Notes: a model not told the origin generated them from the sequence alone. DNA of 64,000 nt from Coxiellaceae bacterium (GCA_031263815.1 JAISFD010000022.1:5320-69319); one strand, 5' to 3'. Counted from the first letter of the stretch, positions 1-8,824 are shown. Program-made: numbers and translations.

Positions 1-720
1 AGTAAAGCAACAGCAATAACAGATCCGTGGTCTGGAGCAGCTAACATCACGAAAAATTTGTTAAAAAGCGCAGTAACTTATCCTGCCAAAGGAATCAGTT
101 TGTTAGCTGGAGCAATTAGAACCATACCAAAAGCGCTTTCCGTTGGATGTCGTTTTTTAGAAAGATATATTGATAGTGATAAATGGCTAAAAGATTCTCC
201 TATAGCATCTGGGTTTATACTTGGTGCTCTTGGAACACTATTGGTGGCTGGTATTGCATTAGCTAGTATATTTACTTTAGGTCTTCCAATTGCAGCAGTA
301 GCAGTAGGAGCCGCTTGCGCTGCTACTGGTGCCTTTTTGTGGGGGTATTTCAAAGCTAAGGCACGAGCCAAAGAATTAACGACACTACAATTGGCTCCAG
401 GAGATCAATTACAATTAGAAAAATATGAATATGAAACTCAACCTGAAACAACTGTGGAGGTAGCACCACAAACATCACAACCTCATACTGCGACTCCTGT
501 TGTTCCTAATCCTAATGTTGAAGGAACTTCAACTTCTGTCTTATTAGAGCATCTACAACAGGTACCATTAGAGCATCTACAACAGGTACCACAGCCACAA
601 TCGGTATCACGGTCACCAGGGCAACAAGTATCGCAACCCAGCAGTAGTGTTCCTAAACAGGAACAACGCAGCAGTGATGAACCTGTACAACCGGTAACTC
701 CTTCATCAAATTTTCCATAA
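1..720 (+). CDS. 3-prime part of a larger gene (open to the window edge). Membrane protein with a bilobed hydrophobic hairpin and a P/Q/S/T-rich tail; candidate secreted or host-membrane effector
   Basis: Frame 1 has no stop from nt 1 to TAA 718-720, so the TTG at 58 in the ORF track is probably internal. A ~50-aa hydrophobic hairpin (SPIASGFILGALGTLLVAGIALASIFTLGLPIAAVAVGAACAATGAFLWGYF, nt ~196-351) is followed by a low-complexity PQST tail. No family recognised. Confidence 0.6.
   Translation, partial: SKATAITDPWSGAANITKNLLKSAVTYPAKGISLLAGAIRTIPKALSVGCRFLERYIDSDKWLKDSPIASGFILGALGTLLVAGIALASIFTLGLPIAAVAVGAACAATGAFLWGYFKAKARAKELTTLQLAPGDQLQLEKYEYETQPETTVEVAPQTSQPHTATPVVPNPNVEGTSTSVLLEHLQQVPLEHLQQVPQPQSVSRSPGQQVSQPSSSVPKQEQRSSDEPVQPVTPSSNFP
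544..591 (+). repeat. Perfect 24-bp tandem duplication inside the CDS (encodes LEHLQQVP twice)
   Basis: ttagagcatctacaacaggtacca occurs at 544-567 and again at 568-591, in frame. Confidence 0.95.
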
Positions 721-739
721 AATCCTTAAACCAGCATAA

Positions 740-788
740 TAGCGTCCCCAACGGGATTCGCCCCCGTATTACTGACATGAAAGGTCAG
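740..788 (-). pseudogene. Degenerate 3-prime fragment of a tRNA-Glu(UUC) (anticodon arm to acceptor end); att-like duplicate of the intact tRNA-Glu at 1848..1923
   Basis: Hand alignment of 741-788 to 1849-1896 gives 38 of 48 identical positions. The RNA sense reads CTGAC-CTTTCAT-GTCAG (anticodon UUC) and ACGGG-GGCGAAT-CCCGT. The T-loop TTCGAAT is changed to GGCGAAT, CCA is changed to CTA, and there is no 5-prime half. Confidence 0.75.
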
Positions 789-830
789 AGTGAGAGCAAT
801 TTTGAATCATTTCAATGGATAATTCTTAAT

Positions 831-893
831 AAACGTGAAAAACCATGTTTTTTTATATTATTTTCACGCTTATGTTGACAAAAACGTGAAAAA
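831..893. repeat. Three copies of a CGTGAAAA(A)TAAT-like motif (direct, inverted, direct) upstream of the Fic pseudogene
   Basis: aaacgtgaaaaa occurs at 831-842 and identically at 882-893. The inverted copy ttttcacg is at 861-868 (reverse complement gcgtgaaaataat). Confidence 0.6.
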
Positions 894-915
894 TAATGTA
901 ATAACTCTGTATTGC

Positions 916-1799
916 ATGGTAAAAACACTCAACATTTTTAATAAGATAAATTTACTTCGAGAAAGATACTATAATGCATCTATGGGTAAGGAAGAGCTCG
1001 TTAGGCTTCTTGCTGAAGCTGAGGTAGCAGAACAAGTATATAATTCAAATGCCATAGAAAATAGTACGCTTACTCTCTAAGAAACTGAAAAATACTTCTG
1101 CAAATAGATTTGGATAGATTTATTACTGAACGGGAAAATTTCGAAGCAAAGAACCTTGCACAGGTTGTTTCATATATTGATAAAAAAGCCAAGGAGCAAG
1201 AACTTAATTTTTCCGTGATTTTATTGCTTCATAAAATGCTTATCTCAAATATTCGTGATGATATTGCCGGAAGATTTCGTAGCAATAATGAATATGTTCG
1301 TGTTGGGAATCACATTGCGCCATCTCCGCAGGAAGTCGTAAGTAGACTTGAAAAAATGCTGATATAGTATAATGCTGCAAGCCATGAAAATGTTATCAAG
1401 CGCATCGGAAAACTGCATCTTACTTTTGGATATATTCATCCATTTGTTGATGGGAATGGTCGTATCGGGCGTGTTATTAATAATTATTTGCTAATACGCG
1501 AAGGATTTGTACCAATAAATATAAAATTTATTGATAGGAAAAAATATTATGAAGCATTTAGAGAATTTGATGAAACGAACAAGACTATTATTATGAAAGA
1601 GATCATTGGAAGAGCTCTTACCAACAGTTATCATAAAAGATTGGCATATTTAGAAGATAAAGAAATCATTACTCTTGCTGAATATGCAAAAAATAATAAA
1701 CTTTCACATTCAAATCTTATAAATAAAGCAGGGCGACAAGCTATTGAGGCTTTTTTAGAAAGAAATGTTTGGAAAATTGGTATTAATTGCAACAATTGA
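916..1799 (+). pseudogene. Fic/DOC-family (AMPylase-type) gene, disrupted
   Basis: The canonical Fic motif HPFVDGNGRIGR is at 1437-1472 and an N-terminal inhibitory-helix-like SNAIEN is at 1045-1062. The reading frame is broken by TAA 1078-1080, a frame change between 1080 and 1110, and an in-frame TAG 1365-1367. The pieces correspond to ORFs 835..1080, 1110..1367 and 1488..1799. Confidence 0.85.
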
Positions 1800-1847
1800 A
1801 AAATAGAATTATATAATAACGAACAATAGATAACTATTTGGATTTTA

Positions 1848-1923
1848 TGGCGTCCCCAACCGGATTCGAACCGGTGTTACTGCCGTGAAAGGGCAATGTC
1901 CTGAGCCTCTAGACGATGGGGAC
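1848..1923 (-). tRNA. tRNA-Glu (anticodon UUC), CCA encoded
   Basis: The reverse complement GTCCCCATCGTCTAGAGGCTCAGGACATTGCCCTTTCACGGCAGTAACACCGGTTCGAATCCGGTTGGGGACGCCA folds as a cloverleaf. The anticodon loop is CTTTCAC. Confidence 0.95.
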
Positions 1924-1935
1924 CCAAAATAACAT

Positions 1936-2011
1936 TGGTGGAGCTAAGCGGGATCGAACCGCTGACCCCTTGCATGCCATGCAAGTGCTCTCCCAGCTGA
2001 GCTATAGCCCC
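1936..2011 (-). tRNA. tRNA-Ala (anticodon GGC), CCA encoded
   Basis: The reverse complement is GGGGCTATAGCTCAGCTGGGAGAGCACTTGCATGGCATGCAAGGGGTCAGCGGTTCGATCCCGCTTAGCTCCACCA. It has the G3:U70 identity pair and the anticodon loop ATGGCAT. Confidence 0.95.
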
Positions 2012-2079
2012 ATACTACAAATATTATTATAAATATTGAAAATAACAAATTCTAATGAATTTGATATGTTACGTCAATC

Positions 2080-3423
2080 TTAACCAGATTGACTAGCAAG
2101 TTGTTTATAGCCAGAGGCTTGCCATAGAGGAATTAGGAGTAATATGGATAGTACTGCACAGATACCTACACTAATAAAGAAACCGTACCAACCGAAATGA
2201 TCTATTACTAATCCAACAGGATAACCAGATATAGCTGCTCCAATGTAGCCGAATAAACCAACAAATCCTGTAGCGGTACCAGCAGCTTCTCTGTGAGACA
2301 ATTCAGCAGCAGCTATCCCAATTAACATTTGGGGACCGAAGATAAAAAACCCTATACCAAACATTACTAGACTATGTAAGAGGAAATGTTTACCTGGGAT
2401 AAACCAGAAACATAGTAAAAGAAGTACTACCCCTAAACTAAATAAAACATTGGTTTGTCCTCTTAGACTACTAAAAAATTTATCTGAACACCAACCCGCC
2501 ACTAAACTTCCTATGAACCCACCTATTTCAAAGAATGACATGCAGCTATTAGCGCGCATTAAAGTGTATCCTTGTTCAGTTAAAAATGGGGAACCCCAAT
2601 CATTTACGGCCATACGCACTGCATAAACAAATACATATGAGAATGCTAATAACCAAATATAATAATTTCTAAATACATAATTAAAAAATATTTTAACAAT
2701 AGGTTGGGTAGTTGTTTTTTTTGATTGTTTTTCTACATGATTATTTCTATATACTTCGATGGGTGGTAGTCCTTGTGATTCTGGAACGTCTCGTAAACGG
2801 TTAAAGATGAAAAATGAGATGATAATAGCAATTACTCCTGGAACAAGCATGGCTGCTCTCCAGTTGGCAAAAAACAAAACGCTTGCTGCTGCGATAATTG
2901 GAATTAGAGCTCCACCTAGATTATGAGCAGTATTCCATGCCCCCCACCATCTGCCACGTTCAGATTGAGAGTACCAATGAGTTAAGAGACGAGCACAAGG
3001 GGGCCAACCCCATCCTTGAAAAAAGCCGTTTATGAGCCAGAATAATATTAAGCATAATAAAGAAGAAGAAAAGCCAAAGAAGATATTTGCTATACCAGTA
3101 GCCATTAAACCAAACGCCATGAAATAACGTGGATTGGATTTGTCTGATAGCATACCGCTAATAAATTTACTTATACCGTAAGTGATATAAAAAACACTTC
3201 CTAAAATACCAATTTGCTCTTTAGTGAAGTGAAGATCTTGAATCATTTGAGGAATAACAAAGGTGAAACTTTTACGTGTTAGATAAAAAATGGCGTATCC
3301 AACATACATGGCGTACATAGTTCGGATACGCCAATAACGATAGGTTTGATCAATTACGATAGGGTCAGTTATTTTCTGAACCGAAGTTTTATTGAATAAA
3401 TTGCTGTAACTAAAACTTATCAT
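2080..3423 (-). CDS. MFS organophosphate:phosphate antiporter (GlpT/UhpT/UhpC family)
   Basis: 447-aa polytopic protein. The N-terminal region YWRIRTMYAMYVGYAIFYLTRKSF and SDKSNPRYFMAFGL are typical of the OPA family. Confidence 0.8.
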   Translation of the reverse strand: MISFSYSNLFNKTSVQKITDPIVIDQTYRYWRIRTMYAMYVGYAIFYLTRKSFTFVIPQMIQDLHFTKEQIGILGSVFYITYGISKFISGMLSDKSNPRYFMAFGLMATGIANIFFGFSSSLLCLILFWLINGFFQGWGWPPCARLLTHWYSQSERGRWWGAWNTAHNLGGALIPIIAAASVLFFANWRAAMLVPGVIAIIISFFIFNRLRDVPESQGLPPIEVYRNNHVEKQSKKTTTQPIVKIFFNYVFRNYYIWLLAFSYVFVYAVRMAVNDWGSPFLTEQGYTLMRANSCMSFFEIGGFIGSLVAGWCSDKFFSSLRGQTNVLFSLGVVLLLLCFWFIPGKHFLLHSLVMFGIGFFIFGPQMLIGIAAAELSHREAAGTATGFVGLFGYIGAAISGYPVGLVIDHFGWYGFFISVGICAVLSILLLIPLWQASGYKQLASQSG

Positions 3424-3611
3424 TTAATTTTTGCTTCGTTAATCAGCGAAAATCAATCCCGCAAACTCTCACAATATAACAGCTAAAGCTTAAGGAAATA
3501 TTATGTAAATTTTAGTTTCATTAGTACAAAATAAACTATAAAATTTTGCGCATTATAACTAAAATGTATATGCTTATCTAGTTTTTAGATATAATTTTTT
3601 GTAGAATGTTT

Positions 3612-4043
3612 ATGGCGATTGAAAAAACCTTATCTATCATCAAGCCTGACGCGGTAGCAAAAAATATTATTGGTGAAATCTTAAGTCGTTTTGAAAAAAA
3701 TGGCTTAAAAATAGTAGCTGCAAAAATGTTACATTTAACAAAGTCACAAGCTGAAAAGTTTTATGCAGTGCATAAAGAAAAACCATTCTATCAGACTCTT
3801 GTAAATTTTATGAGCTCCAGTCCAGTATTAGTACAAGTATTAGAAGGAGATGATGCAATTGCCAAAAATCGTCGTATTATAGGTGCAACTGATCCTAAAA
3901 AAGCTGATCCAGGTACTATTCGATCTGATTTTGCAGCTTCAATCGATTTTAATGCTGTTCATGGTTCTGATGCTCCTGAAACTGCTGTTTTTGAGATAGG
4001 ATTTTTTTTTAAACCAGACGAAATTCATTCGCATTTAACTTAA
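3612..4043 (+). CDS. ndk: Nucleoside diphosphate kinase
   Basis: [15 protein letters not shown]...NAVHGSD is a near-canonical Ndk. The second ATG (3612) matches the usual N-terminus. Confidence 0.95.
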   Translation: MAIEKTLSIIKPDAVAKNIIGEILSRFEKNGLKIVAAKMLHLTKSQAEKFYAVHKEKPFYQTLVNFMSSSPVLVQVLEGDDAIAKNRRIIGATDPKKADPGTIRSDFAASIDFNAVHGSDAPETAVFEIGFFFKPDEIHSHLT

Positions 4044-4049
4044 AATTCT

Positions 4050-5102
4050 GTGTCTAAAGTTAATCTCTTAAATTTTACTTATGGTGATTTTGAAAAATTC
4101 GTTCTTGATTTAGGAGAAAAAAATTTCCGTGCTACACAAATTATCAAATGGATTCATCAAATTGGGATGATCAATTTCTCTTTGATGACGAATTTAAGTT
4201 TGTCTCTAAGAGAGTTTTTATTCTTACGCTGTGAAGTTAAATCTCCAGAAATAGTTAAAGAACAAATTGCTCAGGATGGTACACACAAGTGGTTATTACG
4301 TCTTGATGATAACTATTTTATTGAGACAGTTTTTATTCCTAAGAGTAGGCGTGGTACCTTATGTATTTCATCCCAAGTTGGATGTCCCATAGGTTGTAGT
4401 TTTTGTGCTACAGGAGCAATGGGGTTCAAACGTAATTTAACTCTAGCAGAAATTATTGGGCAGTTATGGCTTGTCGTACGGCAATTATCCCCTGATAAAA
4501 CAACTCGTAATCATACTATTACCAATATAGTTTTTATGGGTATGGGGGAACCGCTTTTAAATTATACCAATGTGATTGAGGCAATAGGATTGATGCTTGA
4601 TGATAGGGCTTATGGTCTATCCAAATATAAAGTAACTATTAGTACCTCTGGATTAATTCCAGAAATACTGTGTTTACAAAAACAAAGTGAAGTATCGCTT
4701 GCAATTTCTCTTCATGCACCAACTGATGAATTAAGAAATCAGTTAGTACCCATTAATAAAAAATATCCATTAAAAAAGTTAATCTCAGTATGTAATCATT
4801 ATTTTAAAGATCCTCGACGTAAAGTTACAATTGAATATATTATGTTAGATGGCATTAATGATAGAATTGAACATGCCAAACTTTTAGTGAAGCTATTATC
4901 TCATGGGCACTATAAAGTAAATTTAATTCCAGGCAATCTGGTTGCTCATTCTACTATCCGTCCATCTTTACAAGAGAATATCGATAAATTTCGCCGAATT
5001 TTATTAGATGCTGGAATTGATACTATAACACGTGAATCACGCGGCTATGAAATTACTGCTGCCTGTGGACAGTTAATTGGCGCCGCTTTGACCTCTATTT
5101 AA
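4050..5102 (+). CDS. rlmN: 23S rRNA/tRNA A2503 C2-methyltransferase, radical SAM
   Basis: Radical-SAM cluster motif GCPIGCSFCATG, GTG start, and conserved position after ndk. Confidence 0.9.
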   Translation: MSKVNLLNFTYGDFEKFVLDLGEKNFRATQIIKWIHQIGMINFSLMTNLSLSLREFLFLRCEVKSPEIVKEQIAQDGTHKWLLRLDDNYFIETVFIPKSRRGTLCISSQVGCPIGCSFCATGAMGFKRNLTLAEIIGQLWLVVRQLSPDKTTRNHTITNIVFMGMGEPLLNYTNVIEAIGLMLDDRAYGLSKYKVTISTSGLIPEILCLQKQSEVSLAISLHAPTDELRNQLVPINKKYPLKKLISVCNHYFKDPRRKVTIEYIMLDGINDRIEHAKLLVKLLSHGHYKVNLIPGNLVAHSTIRPSLQENIDKFRRILLDAGIDTITRESRGYEITAACGQLIGAALTSI

Positions 5103-5157
5103 TTTTTACTAAAACTCGCATACAATATGGCCAATTATAGAAGAAGGTATTAATTAT

Positions 5158-5748
5158 ATGAATGATACACTGCTCCAAACCCCGGGACAAATAATTAAAG
5201 CTGCTAGAGAGGCTCGGCAGATTAGCTTGAATGATGTAACTCAAGGATTACTTCTTAGTAAAAAAATTATTACGGCGATTGAAGAGGATGACTATAGCAA
5301 AATTGCAGCATCAGTATACGCAGAAGGATATCTTAAAGCTTATGCTAAATTTTTACAGATTCCTTCTGAAAATATCCTTACAAGCTTTCGTCGTTTAAAT
5401 ATTTATTCTAATGGTAATATTATTAAAGTACGGACGGAGACTCAGAGTAAGGTCAATATATCTTGGCTATTAAAGTTACTGCGTTATTTTAAAGAGCATC
5501 TAAAAATAGTTTCAGGAATAGGGGTATTAATTGTGATTTTGGGTATTACGGGATTTGTTTATAAAATGGTGAAGTCAAAAAATATTACTGACGAGTCTAA
5601 TCCTATTATTAGCCAGGAATATAATGCACAATCATTAGAACAGGTTGTTGAGCATGATGCTGCTTCTTCCCTCGACTTGAGTGTTCCACTAGAGGTTGTT
5701 AAATCTAAAAGTAAAGAAAAAAAAGATAACCAAATGGTGGTAGAGTGA
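5158..5748 (+). CDS. rodZ: RodZ-like cytoskeleton protein (HTH plus one TM), short form
   Basis: N-terminal XRE-type HTH (GQIIKAAREARQISLNDVTQGL), a central TM segment, and conserved position after rlmN. At 196 aa it appears to lack the usual C-terminal periplasmic domain. Confidence 0.6.
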   Translation: MNDTLLQTPGQIIKAAREARQISLNDVTQGLLLSKKIITAIEEDDYSKIAASVYAEGYLKAYAKFLQIPSENILTSFRRLNIYSNGNIIKVRTETQSKVNISWLLKLLRYFKEHLKIVSGIGVLIVILGITGFVYKMVKSKNITDESNPIISQEYNAQSLEQVVEHDAASSLDLSVPLEVVKSKSKEKKDNQMVVE

Positions 5749-6998
5749 AAAATATTCAAGCCATTCGTGGAATGAATGATATATTACCTGATACGAGTTC
5801 GTATTGGGCGAGTTTGGAGGTTTTGTTACGGCGAGTTGTAATTCAATATGGTTATCGTGAAATCCGTTTCCCAATAGTTGAATTTACCGAACTTTTTTCA
5901 CGCACTATTGGTGAAGCTACCGATATTGTAGAAAAGGAGATGTATACTTTTGCAGATCGTAATGGTGATAGCTTAACTTTGCGTCCTGAAGGAACTGCTG
6001 GTTGTATCCGTGCAGGAATTGAACATGGTTTATTTTATAATAAAGTCCAGCGTTTATTTTACTATGGTCCTATGTTCAGACATGAACGCCCACAAAAAGG
6101 GCGTTACCGCCAGTTTCACCAATTTGGGGTTGAAGCTTATGGCTTAGCAGGTCCTGATATTGATGTTGAAATAATGTTATTAGCTATGAGGTTTTGGCAA
6201 GAATTAAACATTGATCGTAATGTTGTTCTACAGATTAATACCTTGGGTAATTCCGAAGTACGAGCTAAGTATCGGCAACATTTAGTTGAGTATTTTAATC
6301 AGCATTTAGATATTTTAGATGAAGATAATCGGAGAAGGTTATTAGCTAATCCTTTCCGTATTTTAGACAGTAAAAATCCGATGATGCAAGATTTGATTCA
6401 GAAAGCCCCTAAAATTTTAGATGATCTTGATCAATCATCTAGAGATCACTTTGAAAAATTATGTAAGATGTTAGATCAATTAAAATTGGCATATGTAATT
6501 AACCCTTGTTTGGTTCGTGGCTTGGATTACTATTGTTTGACTGTGTTTGAATGGGTGGCAACAGATGATAAATGGGCACAGAATGCTATATGTGCTGGTG
6601 GTCATTATGATGGCTTGGTGGCAGCAATGGGTGGTAAATCTACGCCAGCCATTGGGTTTGCTTTGGGATTAGAGCGCCTGCTTGCATTAGTGGCTAATAA
6701 CTTACTACTTCCTGTTATGGATATAATTTATCTTGTGATACTGAGTGAGCAAGCGATGATAACTGGAATGTCATTAGCAGAGAATATTCGGAAAAGTACT
6801 AAAGCTAAAATTATAGTTAATTGCGGCGGTGGGGACTTGAGCGTGCAATTAAAACGTGCTGATAAAAGTGGCGCCAAAATTGCATTGATTTTAGGAGTAA
6901 CAGAGCTAGCTAATGATGAGGTGCTAATAAAATATTTACGTGAAGACAAACCTCAACAAAAAGTGAAGATAGATAAGATAAAAGATTTTTTGTTTTAA
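5745..6998 (+). CDS. hisS: Histidine--tRNA ligase
   Basis: 417 aa with class II aaRS HisRS motifs (GMNDILP, LRPEGTA, MFRHERPQKGRYRQFHQ). The GTG start overlaps the rodZ stop (GTGA). Confidence 0.95.
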   Translation: MKNIQAIRGMNDILPDTSSYWASLEVLLRRVVIQYGYREIRFPIVEFTELFSRTIGEATDIVEKEMYTFADRNGDSLTLRPEGTAGCIRAGIEHGLFYNKVQRLFYYGPMFRHERPQKGRYRQFHQFGVEAYGLAGPDIDVEIMLLAMRFWQELNIDRNVVLQINTLGNSEVRAKYRQHLVEYFNQHLDILDEDNRRRLLANPFRILDSKNPMMQDLIQKAPKILDDLDQSSRDHFEKLCKMLDQLKLAYVINPCLVRGLDYYCLTVFEWVATDDKWAQNAICAGGHYDGLVAAMGGKSTPAIGFALGLERLLALVANNLLLPVMDIIYLVILSEQAMITGMSLAENIRKSTKAKIIVNCGGGDLSVQLKRADKSGAKIALILGVTELANDEVLIKYLREDKPQQKVKIDKIKDFLF

Positions 6999-7018
6999 AA
7001 TTGTAACGTAGGTTTTTT

Positions 7019-7642
7019 ATGCCAATATCAAATAAAGAAGAAATACAGATAGTAAAGGGTTGGTGGCAGAAGTATGGTTATTACTTTTTATTTATTGTCA
7101 TAGGATTTTTAGTTGTTAATTTTGGTTGGCGTTATTGGCACCGTTGTAACAATGCTAATTTAGAATCTTCGTCAATAATATATACACAGATGTTGACTTA
7201 TTTAGAGCAACAAAAGAATGCTGAGTTTGAATTATTTGGCAAACGTTTGATTAAGGATTATCCGGCATCTTCCTATGCTAGTTTTGCTGCCTTATTATTA
7301 GCTAAAGAAGCAGTGCAGCAGGGAAATTTGAGATCGGCTTTAGAAATGCTCCAATTTGTTGTAAAAAAAGCTCCTATTAAGAAAATACGTGAGCTAGCGC
7401 GGATTCGAGCTGCACGAGTGTTAATAGCCATGAAAAATCCCAGTGAAGCTCTGGTATTATTATCAAATGCTGATAATAAGGATTATGGGGCTCATGTGAG
7501 TGAAATTTTTGGTGATGCTTACTTAGCTCTTGGTAAGGTTAAAAATGCTGAAGAGGCTTATCGCCGAGCAGAATCTCTTAGTAAAGATAAGACACTACCA
7601 CTACCATTGCCATTACTTAAGATAAAGTTACAACAATTTTAG
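7019..7642 (+). CDS. yfgM: YfgM-like TPR membrane protein
   Basis: N-terminal TM anchor plus TPR-like helical region. Conserved position after hisS. Confidence 0.65.
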   Translation: MPISNKEEIQIVKGWWQKYGYYFLFIVIGFLVVNFGWRYWHRCNNANLESSSIIYTQMLTYLEQQKNAEFELFGKRLIKDYPASSYASFAALLLAKEAVQQGNLRSALEMLQFVVKKAPIKKIRELARIRAARVLIAMKNPSEALVLLSNADNKDYGAHVSEIFGDAYLALGKVKNAEEAYRRAESLSKDKTLPLPLPLLKIKLQQF

Positions 7643-7659
7643 TTTTGTAAACGAAAATT

Positions 7660-8273
7660 ATGGATTTGATCAAACATATTCAAGCTAATTTTTATGACAG
7701 TATTAATTTAAAATATGAGATAGCTAAAACCTTGAGTCCAGTTATCATAGATGCTGGTCATATGTTGACCAATGTATTCGTAGTGGGGGTAAAGTTTTAA
7801 GTTGTGGTAATGGTGGATCAGCATGCGATGCCTTGCACTTTAATGCTGAGATAGCTAATAGATTTATGATCGAGCGTGATGGATTACCTGCTTTAGCATT
7901 AATCTCTGATACAGCTCTTTTGACAGCTATTGCTAATGATCATGCTTATCGAGATATATTTGCTAGACAAATCCAGGCATTAGGCAAAGAAAATGATGTA
8001 TTACTTGCGATTTCTACAAGTGGTAATTCAGAGAATGTTACTCGTGCTATTCTTAAAGCCCATGAATGCAAAATAGGGGTTATAGCATTGATTGGTAAAA
8101 ATGGTGGGGAAATAGCAAAAATTTTAGGTGCTAACGATATTGAGATCAGAGTGCCATCGCAAATTACCCCTCGTATTCAAGAGGTACATATTTTGATTAT
8201 TCATTCTTTATGTGAATTAGTAGATATTTTATTAAAAATTAAAAATAAGGTGATAATATGCGAAGAATTTTAG
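7660..8273 (+). pseudogene. diaA: DiaA/GmhA-family SIS-domain gene with a 1-nt frameshift
   Basis: MDLIKHIQANFYDSINLKYEIAKTLSPVIIDAGHMLT (frame 1) continues as QCIRSGGKVLSCGNGGSACDALHFNAEIANRF... in frame 0 from ~7770. The frame-1 reading stops at TAA 7798-7800. The joined product aligns end to end with E. coli DiaA as remembered. Confidence 0.8.
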
Positions 8274-8818
8274 AAGTATTTTTAATTGCTCTAACATTAC
8301 AAGCTTGTGTCCCAGCTGTTTTTGTGGCTGGTACTGCTGCTGGTACAGTATTGAGTGATCATCGCAATACTAAAACTATGTTTGAAGATAGGGAAATTAC
8401 TTTTAGATTGCAACATCAACTTGACAATGCCCAAGACCTGCGTAACCAATCCCATGTGTCAGTTACAACTTTTAATCATATCGTTTTATTACTAGGTCAA
8501 ACTCCAACTGCTGAGTTGCGTAGTCAAGCTGAGGCTATTGTTAAGTCGAATTCAACAGTAAGGATGCTTTATAACGAAGTTACAATTGAGAAGCCAATAT
8601 CTGATGTAGCCAAGGCTAATGATATGTGGATAACTACAAAAGTAAAAACAGTTTTAGCCGCTACTGCGGGGCTAAATTCTGCTAGTTTAAAAGTTGTTAC
8701 TGAAAATGGTGTAGTTTATCTGATGGGGTTAACGACTCGTGATCAAGCTAAGCTTGCTACTGACAAAACGCGTACTGTAGCAGGGGTAAAAAAAGTAGTT
8801 AAATTATTTGAATATTAA
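8258..8818 (+). CDS. dolP: BON-domain outer-membrane lipoprotein DolP (YraP)
   Basis: Lipobox LTLQAC, two BON-like repeats, and conserved position after diaA. Confidence 0.75.
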   Translation: MRRILEVFLIALTLQACVPAVFVAGTAAGTVLSDHRNTKTMFEDREITFRLQHQLDNAQDLRNQSHVSVTTFNHIVLLLGQTPTAELRSQAEAIVKSNSTVRMLYNEVTIEKPISDVAKANDMWITTKVKTVLAATAGLNSASLKVVTENGVVYLMGLTTRDQAKLATDKTRTVAGVKKVVKLFEY

Positions 8819-8824
8819 TAATCT

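Noticed and set aside
835-915. N-terminal extension of the first Fic fragment (MKNHVFLYYFHAYVDKNVKNNVITLYC).
   Set aside because: This stretch coincides with the CGTGAAAA repeat triplet and looks like AT-rich non-coding or promoter DNA. The Fic-like sequence begins near ATG 916.
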